Notes: generated from the sequence alone by a model not told the origin. A DNA stretch of 64,000 nucleotides from Octopus vulgaris (GCA_951406725.2 OX597821.1:105524001-105588000); one strand, 5' to 3'; shown: positions 40,952-54,529, counted from the stretch's first letter. Translations and numbers: made by a program.

Positions 40952-42644
40952 GATACAGTTAAGTTTGCACAAAGTCCATCCTTTCAAGAACGAAATAACT
41001 ATGAGTTTAGAAATGCTGACCACTAGGTAAAGAAAATTTAGATTAATTCGATTGGCTATTGGTTTGAAATTTAAATCACAAAAGAAAATTATACGGTTGG
41101 TTAGTCAAGGAACGCCAATATTCACACACGCATCTACAGATCAATCGCACATACACACATAGTTATATGTATATACATACACTTATACGCATACATAATC
41201 ACAAGCAACAACTAGCACATAGATAAACAAAAAGGGAAGCAACTATGCTACCATTTAGTCCTACAAAATTATAACTGTGCCTCAAATACCGAAAAAGAAC
41301 CATCCATGCCTTTCATAAAATATTTAATTTAGATATAAATATATTTTTAAATATCAGTATGTTACTAAGTCAGATAATTATTTCATGGGTAACTTAAAAT
41401 TTATAACACCGGTTTGTTGCATAGTAAACATACGGTTGTTAGATTTATCGTAAGTTTGTTATGATTCCAAGTACGCTAAAATATAAAATAAAAAATATAA
41501 AATATATATTAATTTATATATTATAAATAAATCACATATTTACTTAATAAATTTAATGCCATAATATACCAGTTTAGGTATTAAAAAATAGAAGGGGAAG
41601 TACTAATGTAAACGCTTATGAGAACATCACAGAAATTTTTAAAAATTTATATTATAAATACTTAAGATAAAATGCGATAAAATAAATAAGAAGGAATAAA
41701 CACGAAGGAATAAATACGGTTATACACATATTATAAGTACAAACCAGTATACATGTATACATATATTATTAAAATTTAAATAAAAATAAATGATAGATAT
41801 GTATGTATAAAACTACCCTAGTATAAGTAAATAAGTAAAAAATAAATAGATAACAAAATAGATGACTTGATATGTATGTAAACATCCACACTTAAATAGG
41901 CAAATAAATAAATAATTAGAAGACTAAATGCAGAGATTGATAACAATACAATAAAATAAAAAATAAATAAAGTGAATATATATGTTATATTGTTGAAGGT
42001 AAATATGTATGAAAGGATAATTTAAAGTACAGATCCAGAGGACTATAGATATAAACTAAATATATAAGGCTGGTAATATTTATAAAGCCAAATGTATGTA
42101 AATGAAAAAATGAAAAAAATGAAAAAATGAAAAAGGTTTATTAGTAAATAGCATAAGATACAAATTAAGGTGAGTACAAAGAAAGACCAAATATACAATA
42201 AAAACCTTCCAAATAAACACATACAAAAAACCTATATTCTCAACCTAAACACACCAAACTCATAAAAGGCTCTCCTATATTACATATTATACAATAACAT
42301 TACATTATCTAGAGCTAGGTATCTAACCAAGATATACATATATACTATGCAATATACTATGCAATATTAGAAAACTTCAAAAATCACATATTACAAGGCA
42401 AATACCAAAATGAATATGTTATTTCCTGTCATATTACATTTACCTTAAAAAACAAACAAAAACCCACATACAAAAACAAGAAACAAATAATACTAGACAC
42501 ATCTATTATTATTATACAAATGTAGCTATAAAAATTATAAAATTATAAATTTATAAGTTGTATACTTTAGAATTATAGAAGACCACAGGTATAGTTAGTT
42601 AAAGAAGGGAGTTAAAAAATTAATAATAGTGGAAGTGCTAAGTT

Positions 42645-44432
42645 CTATTTGAATCTAGAAAAGGTGAACGGTAGCCTATGAATGCAAAAGAAGTTTTTTT
42701 CATTAATGTTGTTAATAATTTGCCGACCCGCTTTAATAATGAAAAAAATTTCATTAATACATAGAGAGCATTTTTTATTTTTTCCATTATACACAGGTGC
42801 TGAAGTTAGTATTTTCCAGTTTAATCTAAAATCCAAGTTCTTACTTTTAAGTTCCCAAATATATGCACTAAGCCCTGTAGAGTACATTCTATTTTTATTT
42901 CTAAAAGTATATCTGTGATAATTCAATCTTTGTTTTATGCTATTCATAGTTGCCCCGATATACACCCTACTACTCAATTGTGTATCTACAGTGCATTGGT
43001 AAACTACCTCCTTCCTGAGGCATTGATTACCAAATACACATTTATTTTTGTTTCTGCAATTACAAAGATTAACAGAATGAGGAAATCTAAGATTGGTCTC
43101 CACCCCTATACTACCATTCACATTATAAGTGTTACAATTGTTATCATCATCCAAACCCAAAATCAACGAATGAGTTAATTTCACATTATCGGCTATATTC
43201 CTATCACTAGTACTAGTAATGGTAGTAGTAGTATGATCTATTACATTTATATTATCTCTGACAGGTACGGTGCACTCATTATTAGTAAGGGGGTTGTTCA
43301 CATTCGTTCCAAGAAAGTTTCTGTTCCTATTATTATTAAAGAGGGGCAAATTTCCCAGGTCTAAATTCAATTTTCTATCCTTATAGAAGTGATCCAGTTT
43401 CCTGTTATTAAAAGAGGAGATAATGGTGGCTAGATTATGAGTAATGCTATATCCCACTCTAACAGTACCGTTGTTAATTAAAGGACTAAATTTATTCTTA
43501 TCCTTACCAAAATGCCTAAATATAACATTATGCAAAGCTCTCACTATGTTTGTTTTAATCTGCATTGCATATGGGATAATCAACCATAATGTATCCTTAT
43601 CAGAATTAGGATTGCCTATAGAATTATTGTTATTTGTAAAAATCCTATTCCTAGACCAACCCATAGGATTACTATTCTTACCACTGTCATTGTTATATCT
43701 ATCTATATCAATATTCCCATGGTTATTGCGCAAGTATACTTTACCATTACCATGTCTACCATAAGTTTTAACTTGTATATTATTATTAATATTACTACTA
43801 TTACCCGTAAGCTCAGATCTATTTGAGCTACCGTTCACCTTTCCGAGGTTAACATCACTTCTACATTTATTATAGGTGTTATCATATATTCTATTTTTAC
43901 TATTCTTATGTATATTGTTGTTTATCCTAAATCTATTGGTGTTGTTCCTGATAGTTCTACCTCCATTAGGAGGGTTCCCCTTAGGTATAAACCATATCTT
44001 ACTTTTGTATCCTGCCTTAAGCAATGCTGCATTGTATCTATCACAATGCTTGTTAAAAATTTCCTCGTTAGAGGATAAACTAGAAATTCTCTGACTAATG
44101 CTACGCACTAGTGCATTTTTAATTTGAGGGGGGTGATTACTTGAACGGTTAATATATATTAGGTTAGAATTAGGTTTAATATAGGGTTCATGTAAACCAT
44201 TAGTAATGTTACAATTAACATCTAAATAATTAGCAGAATAATTTTCACTTTCAATGATAATGGATAGGCCGAAACTTTTAAAAAAATTATTTATTCTTTT
44301 TTTCAGAAGATCTAATCTCCTATTTGATGTATTCTTAACACAAAATAAGGCGTCATCCCTGTATAATCCACCTTTTAGTTCAGGGAATTCCCTACTAAAG
44401 TTATCTAGTAGATACATCCCAACTAGATCAGT
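42645..44432 (-). CDS. PLE RT (from motif B') + GIY-YIG endonuclease; uninterrupted but 5'-truncated
   Basis: TDLVGMYLL, GGLYRDD, NYLDVN, YINRSSNHPPQI, CNCRNKNKC..QC..EVVYQC..VYIGAT..KQRLNYH..STGLS..WKIL..CSLCINE..CIH. 590 aa from the internal Met. Confidence 0.92.
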   Translation of the reverse strand, partial: TDLVGMYLLDNFSREFPELKGGLYRDDALFCVKNTSNRRLDLLKKRINNFFKSFGLSIIIESENYSANYLDVNCNITNGLHEPYIKPNSNLIYINRSSNHPPQIKNALVRSISQRISSLSSNEEIFNKHCDRYNAALLKAGYKSKIWFIPKGNPPNGGRTIRNNTNRFRINNNIHKNSKNRIYDNTYNKCRSDVNLGKVNGSSNRSELTGNSSNINNNIQVKTYGRHGNGKVYLRNNHGNIDIDRYNNDSGKNSNPMGWSRNRIFTNNNNSIGNPNSDKDTLWLIIPYAMQIKTNIVRALHNVIFRHFGKDKNKFSPLINNGTVRVGYSITHNLATIISSFNNRKLDHFYKDRKLNLDLGNLPLFNNNRNRNFLGTNVNNPLTNNECTVPVRDNINVIDHTTTTITSTSDRNIADNVKLTHSLILGLDDDNNCNTYNVNGSIGVETNLRFPHSVNLCNCRNKNKCVFGNQCLRKEVVYQCTVDTQLSSRVYIGATMNSIKQRLNYHRYTFRNKNRMYSTGLSAYIWELKSKNLDFRLNWKILTSAPVYNGKNKKCSLCINEIFFIIKAGRQIINNINEKNFFCIHRLPFTFSRFK

Positions 44433-44469
44433 CTATATATATATATATATATTTATTATATAGAAGGAG

Positions 44470-44516
44470 CTTCTACAGGACTAGAACTGTTTCATTCAAG
44501 AGAAATCATCAGGAAG
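44470..44516 (-). ncRNA. Type I hammerhead ribozyme (inverted copy)
   Basis: CUUC CUGAUGA uUUC-ucuu-GAAu GAAACAG-uucuaguc-CUGUA GAAG. Stem I extends to AGCUUC/GAAGCU. Confidence 0.8.
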
Positions 44517-44872
44517 CTAGTTAACAAGAGTTGTTTTGGCATTTATACATTTAGGCAGGTTTAAAGGGGTGGTGGTGGGGGGGCTTTTTGGGGGTAGGCA
44601 TAGCGCAAAAATATCATACTTAGGGGAGTGGTCAAGGAGTCAGTGGTAAAGTAGATAAAAGAATAAATAAAGAGTCTCCTTATTTACCTAAAACTCTATT
44701 CTATTTATTTTTTTATTCTTTTATTTATTCTTTTATCTACTTTACCACTGACTCCTTGACCACTCCCCTAAGTATGATATTTTTGCGCTATGCCTACCCC
44801 CAAAAAGTCCCCCCCACCACCCCTTTAAACCTGCCTAAATGTATAAATGCCAAAACAATTCTTGTTAACTAG

Positions 44873-44919
44873 CTTCCTGATGATTTTTCTTGAATGAAAC
44901 AGTTCTAGTCCTGTAGAAG
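44873..44919 (+). ncRNA. Type I hammerhead ribozyme (sense copy)
   Basis: CTTC CTGATGA TTTTTCTTGAAT GAAACAG TTCTAGTC CTGTA GAAG. Confidence 0.78.
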
Positions 44920-45020
44920 CTCCTTCTATATAATAAATTAATTTTACTCTGCTATGTATTGAGTACCTTATTTACTGTGGTTAACCCCGAATCAACCCGG
45001 GACCTACATATATATATATA

Positions 45021-45399
45021 CTAGCAGTATCGCCCAGCGTTGCTCGGGTTTGTAAGGGAAATAACTATAAAGCATTTTTAGAGAGTTATAGCCAAAAAAT
45101 AACAAAAAAATGGGGAAAAAAAGATGGTAAATTTTTTTTTGATAGTTAAAAAGGTCGAGTTGCGTCCCCTAGACCATCTGTGGTTTGTGTTTCTGATTGT
45201 CGACCCCATGTCGAATTTATCGATCTTTTTCAGAACTGGGGGAACTTTTCAAAATTTTCGCTGCGTTAGTTTTGAATTATGACATTGGGCTATGTGTGTG
45301 TCAAGTTTCATCAGAATCGGTTGAAAGCCGTGGTCAGGGTGAGGGTACAAGCAAACAGACACACAGAAACACGCACAGACAAACTGCCGTTTATATAGA
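45021..45399 (-). mobile_element. Non-autonomous Helitron
   Basis: The minus strand starts A|TCTATATAAACGGCAG and ends with a GC hairpin (cccgagcaacgctggg) shortly before CTAG|T. No TSD. Confidence 0.78.
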
Positions 45400-47294
45400 T
45401 ATATATATATATATATAAGTATGTATGTATATTTTAATAAAAATAAGAATATCATGAGTGCGTGTTTTTACATATGTGTTTATGCATTTATGTAAATGAA
45501 TTTATACATTAACGTCATGGAAATATATTTAGAAAAAATATTCTCATATTATGCAGATCTAATACGAAAACCCACTTTTAAGCATTAAAATATAGGCGCT
45601 ATTTCAATATGACAAATCATGAACTCATTTCCTTTTGTCGACCGAATATGAATAAATGTGCAGAATATCACATTTTTGTAAAATTCAAATTTAGAATTAT
45701 TTCCTGTCACCTTTATTCAGGAAGGTTAAAGGAAAGGTCGATAAATCAAAAAAGACAAAACGAAAAAAGCAAATATATATACATCATATCGAAATTATCT
45801 AAAGAATGATTTTTGAGCTTCCATCGACATATTTATGAGAATCAGCAATCTTTTAACGCTGGAAATGATAACACCTGCTCTTATGTATGCGAACCTATCT
45901 GCCGCCTGTATCTATGTGTTCTTCCATATTCGCGTTTAAATGTGTCTATTCGTATGTAAATACGTGGTGTGTACCACCGTGTGTATAAATGAGCAGCATT
46001 AGATGTGGATTCAGAGAATCGTTCGGCTATCACAGGAAGTTCCTCTTACGGACACTGTTATCAGCTCACATTGTAATCAAATAGAATGTCATTTAGAATG
46101 TATAAGACATGCACCCACGCACACACTCATACATAACCACCCAGGCTCATATACATACATATATATAGGTCAAATGCTGCGGTATTTTTCCAATATATTC
46201 AGCGTGCCATTCTGTGAGCCAAATGTCATGAAACCACAAGACGATGGGATAATAAACAAAGATCCTTTTTGTTGTGTTTGGGAATTAAGCTCGAATTTCA
46301 GCTCACGTTTCATTGCGATATCACCCAATGGAAGATATGTCTGAGGACACTACAATCAGACTGTACCAAGGATATTGTGGACAGGAGTATGGAAGCAACT
46401 ATGTAATCATTTCTTAATGTCATAACATGATTATAAGGATGCTACTGAAATCATTTACACTGATACATCTATAGATCTATACATACAATCATTCACCCCT
46501 GCCTGCCTGGCTGCCAACCTACCTACATATCTACCTACGTACCTACCTACATACCTACCTACCTATCTATCTGCCTACCGGTCGTTGATCGGATATACAC
46601 TTTTACCGTTTATCGGGAGCCACATTAAAAGTATTAATATATGTATAATTTATTCCTCCTATATGTGTTTACTTTTAGATGAGAAAACTATGTAATAAGT
46701 GAAGTATAAAAAAGGGTCATATTCATACATGAATTCTAGTTTGTTTATTACATGATAATAATAAGAGAAATGTATGTGTCATTTTATTTCTCAATACAGT
46801 AATAAGAATTATATAATACAGTTCTTTGAAATAGGTAATTTACTCAATCTTCAATGGAATATTAGTAATGGTAAACATGAGATTACAGTGTTATTTTAGA
46901 AAACAATATATTCAACGCACCATGTACATGTGTGTGTATGTGTGTGTGTCGACTGTCTTTTACTCGTTGTAGTCATTAGATTGTAGCCATGTTAAGGCAC
47001 GACCTTAACGAGTTTGTAATCGAATGTATCGACCCCAGGATTATTTTTATGCCTGGTATTCATTTTATCGAACTGTTTTGGCGAATCGCTTGGTTACGGG
47101 GACATAAAGACAACAACAGCGGTGGAGGTGGCGACAAACACAGGCACAAATAGGTGAGAAGTTTAATGACGTGACGGACTACAGCGCATCTGAATATTGG
47201 AAACAAGGAAAACACTCTAACACCATGACTGCTGCTCGATGGCCAAGTAATCATTTCAAATTGTGTAATACTTAACACAGATAGCATCAAAGGT

Positions 47295-47762
47295 GTGGAA
47301 GCGCAATGGCCCAGTGGTGAGGGCAGTGGACTCGTGATCGTAAGATCGCGGTTTCGAATCCCAGACCAGGCATCGTGAGACTTTATTGAGCAAAAACACA
47401 TAAGCCCCACGGGGTTCCGGCGGGGTGGGGGTGGGGGGTGAACCCCGCTGTACTCTTTCAACACAACTTTCTCTCACTCTTTGTTCCTGCTTCTGCCACA
47501 AAGCAGAGGAACCATGGAGTAACCCACTATGGTGTGGTAAACTTTCAGACCCTAGTCTATTCAGCTCTCCACCCGTTAAAAGCCACCGTTTACGGAATGA
47601 CGATAACAACGTAGCGTTCGCACCCGTGCAACCGCCAGTATATCGCGTGTGCTGGGTGGACCTTCAAGCGGCCACACGCATTTTTAGCAGCTTAGGATAG
47701 GCTCGAATTAGAGATTATTCTTTGTGGCTATTGGCGTGAGTCCTAATTAGAAGAAGAAGAAG
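47295..47762 (+). mobile_element. tRNA-derived SINE (second family)
   Basis: A-box tggcccagtgg and B-box-like gtttcgaatccc. (GAA)n tail. Head shared with 57256. Confidence 0.72.
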
Positions 47763-48435
47763 CAGCAACGATGGCTATGAAGCCGTGGCCAGTAGAGAAT
47801 TTCACACCAGGCGTGAAAAATATATATTTGATTTAATTTTGGGGACTTGTTTCTTTTAATAATCCATTTATAACACAGTAATATATTTATTGCGTTAGCA
47901 AAGTGTTTATTTAATTATATCTCACTACAAAGTACACATGTAGCTTCAGACTGATGTATGAGATTTTATAGTGTTCATTGTGTAAAGAGAAGAAAAGCGT
48001 TCCGTTGAAGCAGATTCGCCCGTCGTTCCGATCTTCTCAGCTACATTCTACACTAACAGTCCAAATCAGACTTGTATTTATAGCTTCCATTATTAGAAGT
48101 TAGCTTTCGTTTTTTTTTTCTCTTTTGAAATCACGTACACACTTTTGAAGAAATGTCGCATACTTGGGCAGTTGATTCGATTAATAAATCATTGAGGCGT
48201 TAGCAGTGTTGGGTTTTTTTTTTACAGCCGCCATCTATCGGTATTTGATGTTATCGATCTATCTATTTCGAAAAGCGTATCTGCATGTCTGTATGTCTAT
48301 CATACTCTCAGCGTAAATCTATTCGAAATTTATACACTCCTACATTAAAATATACAGAGATTCGTTATCGAACATTAAAAAAATTTAAAATTGCCCATTA
48401 AAACACAATCTCTCCACCCATCTATCTATCTATCA

Positions 48436-48485
<50 letters not shown>

Positions 48486-49090
48486 ATATCTATCTATATA
48501 TCTATCTATCTATCTATCTATCTACCTATCCCTGACACTTGCTGTTATTGGTATACATACATAGATAGACATACACAAGCACAGACTCATACACACAGAG
48601 ACATATATATATATATATATAAAGTGATCTACCTATATTGATAACATAAAGATAGCAGTATACGTGTCTAGTTTCATCTCTCTCTGTCTCATCTGCTGCT
48701 TTTCCGCCCATTTTCTAATATAAACTGTTTTACGTTTAAACGAAAAACATATTCTTCTGCTGCCTGTTATCATAGTTGTCATAATTTTGTCAAAATTTTC
48801 CACTTGATTATGGCGCAAAGGATAGTTAATGCTGCAACAAATTTTCGTGTCCTCGATTCCTGAAATTCACAGAGCCGGTTAGTCTGTTTCCATTGCACAG
48901 CAAAGAATAATACCACCTGAATAAGAAACGGGACCATCGCATATTTTTTCTAAACGATGTGAAATGAAGCTTGTGAACTACAATGTCATGGTTAACAAAC
49001 GTCGTACTCATGCTGGGCAATCGAACTCGCGATTCCATAAGTAGTGGGCCACGCGTCATGATACATATGAAATCACCAACAAGCAAGCAT

Positions 49091-49160
<70 letters not shown>

Positions 49161-49275
49161 GTGTGTGTGTGTATGTGTATGTATATTTAATGGCGGAGAC
49201 GAAACAGAGAAACTGAAGAAGGGAAATATTCTTCATATTGTATGTTTTTGTTTTTATGATCAGTGACATAAATAA

Positions 49276-49310
<35 letters not shown>

Positions 49311-50174
49311 TGAATGCGTGTACTTGTTTGTGTGTTTGTATTGCAATTTGGCCAGACACAGTCTCAGTAGAAGTATTTGTGTTATCGAATCATTTAAGGC
49401 TCCCCTTTGTGTTTCTTCTACTAAACGTTCGATAACATATCTCTCATCTGTCATTATTTTATCGAAATTAATTTATTCAACATTAATTCCGTACGTAACT
49501 TAGTGTTATCTTTTTAAATAAAACAGTATAAATAGGTTAGCAAATACTGGCACTGCCTATATGACCTTATATTTTCTTCTCTGTGATTAAGTGAGAAAGT
49601 GGCCTTGATCCATAAATCTCCTTGCGAGACGATACATGAGTGACGGGAAATTAATTGCTTTTGTATCTGATACAAATAGAAGTTTGTATGTGGAGTGGGT
49701 TACAGATTTATCAATATTTGAAGACATAGAATTCAATCTCAGTATCCTGGATATTGACATGTACTGCATTGACGCTACGACCGCAAATTTCTCAATACAT
49801 TATAAATCATTAGTTGATTCGTCTGACCTCAAGCCTCACAAATATTTATTTGTATTCCATTGTTACGAATAGATGAATTGTTTATAAATAATATTCAGTA
49901 TACTAATACGTTAAATCGTTAAAAAAAAAACAACTCATTGGTCACGTCTGGAAATGTTTCTTTTTTTGTTTTCTGCACGTACCCAAAATAATACACTGAT
50001 AAAAGTGATATAGAAAGAAGCTGACTGCACAGTGAAGGAAAGAGGTATACATCAACCGGGTATGGTTAAATATTGTACCTAAATTTCGTTTACTTATATA
50101 ATGCTTCTAAGCCCGCTGTTTCAGATCGCTATACCCCTAGAGCATGTCCAGCTATATATACGATATACGATATT

Positions 50175-50211
<37 letters not shown>

Positions 50212-50287
50212 TTTTCATGTAAACGTTTTGTTATTTCTATGTGTATGTATATATATACATAGAAATAACAAAACGTTTACATGAAAA
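50212..50287. repeat. Perfect 31-bp inverted repeat next to (TA)n
   Basis: 50212-50242 is the exact reverse complement of 50257-50287, with a 14-nt TA-rich loop. Confidence 0.9.
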
Positions 50288-52181
50288 TTCTTTAAATCAT
50301 TGGTACGTACGTTTCCAGAGATTCTATGCATTAGTAAGTAGTAAGTCGTCTACATTAAAGACTGTTGATCTGGCGTTCATTGCACCTAATCAGTGATCTG
50401 ATTAGCCCAACAGGCAGCTATTTTCACAGCTAATTGTTTAAACAATTTTAGTCTTACGTAATTAACTGACCACCTGCCTGACTGATTTATAGATTGTTTT
50501 GCCAATTAGCAGCATAATTAGCTGTCTGTTGAGCTAGTCTCTAATTGTGGCCACAAACCCTAATCCTTAACCTAATCCTTAACCAGAAATATTTCAATAA
50601 TTTTTCCTACCGAATGAATTCGTTCCATTGTTTTTATTAATTGCGCATTCCTATTAATCTATTTTCGGACCAGTTCCAACCCTAACCATCTTACTTCCTA
50701 AATGTCCGAATAGGGTTCTCTCTTGATATTTATTCCATAATATTTATTTTTGAAATCTAAGCGTTTTAGGGCCTCTTACAACATTCACAATTTTCCCATT
50801 CAATTATTTATTTAGCTTACCTCGTATAGCGGTATCAGTAGCTAATCTGTTTGTTTCCAAATTTCAACTGATCAGTTATATCGAACGTTGTTCCTCAGCC
50901 TATCTCACATTGGAAAGAGGTGGAGGGGTTTAACCACCTACAAGTAAAAAAATTTTTTAATTACATTTAATTGATTAGCACTTTATTATAAAAAATACTA
51001 TTAATCAGTACTATAAACATAATTATAAATTGTTATGATTAATCTAAAACCATACTGTATCGTCACCCCTTCCCGACTAAGACATAATGGCGTATCTCAC
51101 TTGTATTTATTCTTTTTTTGTTATTTCTCCATCGTATCCATTCCCCGTACAAATGATTAAACCACCAATTTCTATTTTAAGTAAAGTCATTCACTTAACG
51201 TCCCACAAGCAAAATGGTATGATTACAAACATATTCTACTTTTCCTTTTCTTCTCTATTTATTTCTTTTTTATTTATTCTACAGTCTCATGGAGCTCCAT
51301 TCTCCAGATCGGTTTTATTACCAAATATGATAAATATTTTTAGTATATCAATGGCAATACCATAGAGCATTGGGAGCAGAAACAGTTGCTAGAAGGGATG
51401 CAGTATATTTGTATTGAATTTAATAAATAATAATTATTTCATCTCTGATAAAAAACAATCTTTCCAAGGAAAGTTCCTTTTTAACCATGAAGAAGAGACT
51501 TGTATGTCCTGAAATATTGGATATACATACGGCCAAAGATTACGAGTTAACTTACTTTTAGTTTACGTTGCCTCGTCTTAAAATCTATTTGCATTGTTTC
51601 ACCTTTTAAATATTTCAACGTTATAAATAATAATTGATATAAATCAATTGTTGTTCATCAATATTTCCCCATTTTCTGTTTACTTTATATATATATATAT
51701 ACAGAGAGAAAGAGAGAGAGAGAAAGAGAGAGAGAGAATGACAATATGAGAGGATGGATGTAAGTATTGCTTTACTTTGCACTTAGATCTGTACTAACGG
51801 GCGTGTGTAGATGGGAAGAGGAAAAGATCGTGTAAGACAACAGCATAAGACAACTTAAGGAGAATGAACATGAATTCCTATGTTTTGAAATTAGTGTTTA
51901 TATTTTCTGAAGGTGGGGTATTGAGCGTTTCATTTAAGGCCGATCCAGCAGTGCGCTATATTAGGCACCGTGCTGGCTTCGGTGTTAAATCAATTTTCTC
52001 TATTTTAAAATTTTCTAGCCGGCTGAGACGGTCGCGCTCAGTTGTTTTGTACTGACGATTGGCACTACTGACAGGGAATTCAATCTCTTTCGGCGAAAGT
52101 TCTTTATGGTGCTCGAGGCAAATACACATACATGCATTTGCTTTCGGAAATATGCACATAAATATAGGTAAATAGATAGAC

Positions 52182-52235
<54 letters not shown>

Positions 52236-52495
52236 ATAGAAGACAGACAGAGAGCGAGATAGATACATAGATAGATGGAGATTGGGAGATACAGAGAGAG
52301 AGAGAGAAAGAAAGTGAGGGACACTACAATTTATTAGTTGTATACGATTGCATAAAACCAGAAATTTTAATTTTATGTGGTAGGTATCTTGCTTATAAAC
52401 TACATGGTTCCGGGTTCAGTCCTACTGCCTGGCACCTTGGGCAAGTAAAACACTGGTCGAAATAATAGAGTGCGATCGCGACGAGAATAGAGTAT

Positions 52496-52659
52496 AGGTG
52501 TAGGAGTGGCTGTGTGGTAAGTAACTTGCTTAAAAACTACATGGTTACGGGTTCAGTCCCACTGCTTGGCATCTTGGGCACGTGTCTTCTACTATAGCCT
52601 AGGGCCAACCAAAGCGTTGTGTGTGGATTTGGTAGTCGGAAACTGAAAGAAGCCCGTCG

Positions 52660-52690
<31 letters not shown>

Positions 52691-52892
52691 GCGTGTGTGT
52701 GTGTGTGTGTGTGTATGTCTGTGTGTCTGTGTTTGTCCCGCCAACATCTTTTGACAACCGTTCCTGGTGTGTTTATGTCCCCGTAACTTAGCGGTTCTGT
52801 AATAGGCGTACAAAGAATAAGTCCTGGGGTCGATGTGCTTGACTAAAGGGGGTGCTCCAGCATGGTCACAGTTAAATGACTGAAACAAATAA
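52496..52892 (+). mobile_element. tRNA-derived SINE (third family) with internal TA/TG microsatellite
   Basis: gtggctgtgtggtaag..gggttcagtccc head. Partial head copy at about 52376-52446. Tail similar to the reverse complement of about 46965-47140. Confidence 0.72.
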
Positions 52893-54481
52893 AACGGTAA
52901 TAGATAATAAGTAAAAAGACTTAAAACAGGGGAGGAGGAAGAGAAAGAAGCATTGAGAAAAGTGAAATATTAAAACGTTTTATGTGAAGATGTGTCACCG
53001 TCTACCACCGACACCCAATAGTCGCTATCTCACGTCTTTGCAAAGATGACTGTACCAAAAACAAACTTCCATAAACATACTAATTTTTGCTTATGCTTTT
53101 ATGACTCTTAGACTTTCGTTCAGTGTAACAAATAGTGTAACGTCAAATATATTAGTCAAAAACATCTATACTGTTTGAAAAAGTCAAAAAATAGTTCAGT
53201 GAAACACCGCTCGATATTATAGAAAGCGATCGCAATGAGAATAGAGTATAAGTTATTTGTGTATTGTGTTTCGAAAAAAAGCGTCATGTGCTAAACGCGT
53301 GACAAATTTTTTTCAAGATTCAGCATTTGTATTCAATACAGTCATTTGCACTTTATATTGGATAGCAATTAAGAAAAGGATTTTGGTTTTGGAATGTCGA
53401 ATATCTTTCTCTGAATCTCTTCCTTTGACGCTATGGATAACTTTTTTAAAATCTCTTTGACGAAGTGAGAATAACAAACGAATATGTTTAATATGATATG
53501 CACAGAAATTTAGAGTCTTACAGATTGTTGTTTTCGAGAAATAGAATAGAGCTAATACCTTCCAGTGAAAAACCAATCTTTTGCACATCAGCTTAGACAA
53601 ACTGCACTTTACTGGATCTATGTGCTAAAACATTCTAAATATACCATGAAGTAAAATCACGAACGTCTGTTAGCGGATTAAGTATATTTTCAAACACATA
53701 AACGTATTTGCTGTGTGAGTGTGTATAGGTGTTGAAATGCTTTGTCAAGTGCCCTTAGACGTGAGTGTCAAAATATTCTGTCAGCAGTTTCTGATTGAGC
53801 AATAATTAAGAAGTATTTAATACTTTAAATACTTATAATCGGACAAACAATAGAAAAGCAATATCACTGCTGAAGTTTCAACATTATGATTCACTCACTC
53901 ACCCACTACCATTGCATCTATCTTTATATCTACCATACACTCAACCTCCTCATGCTGCTATTTTTGTTCTTCTCCCCTGTTCTCTTATGTCTTTCGTTTT
54001 AACAACAACAAAAAAAGTAAATAAGATCTTTCAGTATTTATCTTATGAAAATGTCAAATGAATAATCGAGTCGAGAGAAACATTATTGATTATTTCTCGA
54101 TGTTCAGTGAAGCATAGCAAAGTATTCTAAAGAATTAAAGAATATTGCTTTCGTCAACAACTTTAATGTGCTGAACTAAATATGAAGGGGAAATAATAAA
54201 AATAAAATCAAAGCGAAAAGATAAAAAAAATATATACAAATAAGAAATGAACATAAAATCTGTTAAAGTTCTCTATACAAGTGTCTCAATAGTCGAGCTT
54301 AATCGCTTCTATTATATGTAATTCAAATGTATAACACAGCTGATAACATTTGAAAGAGAAGAGAATATTCAGTGTTGTCATGGAGAAAATTGATAAAATG
54401 TCAGTTCGAAAGAGGGCATATGCGCATAAATATATGCACATAAATACATACTCCAAATACACGCGTATATATATACATCTA

Positions 54482-54529
<48 letters not shown>

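Larger units (their letters stand above)
40252..44433 (-). mobile_element. Second Penelope-like retroelement (Naiad-type), 5'-truncated, no inverted arm
   Basis: RT-GIY-YIG ORF plus about 2.4-kb 3' region containing a hammerhead. (TA)n at both boundaries. Confidence 0.92.
44452..45007 (+). mobile_element. Non-coding fold-back element (about 220-bp arms + about 70-bp tail) in (TA)n
   Basis: 44452-44671 is the reverse complement of 44720-44937. 48-bp spacer, tail 44938-45007. Hammerhead in each arm. No visible similarity to the adjacent PLE 3' end. Confidence 0.85.

Noticed and set aside
47295-47370. tRNA genes at SINE heads (also 52500, 57256, 58260)
   Set aside because: A/B boxes are present but there is no complete cloverleaf, and they continue into SINE bodies.
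51484-51530. Hammerhead-like ATGAAGA..GAC/GTC..GAAATATTGGATATA
   Set aside because: Core mutated and stem I does not pair.
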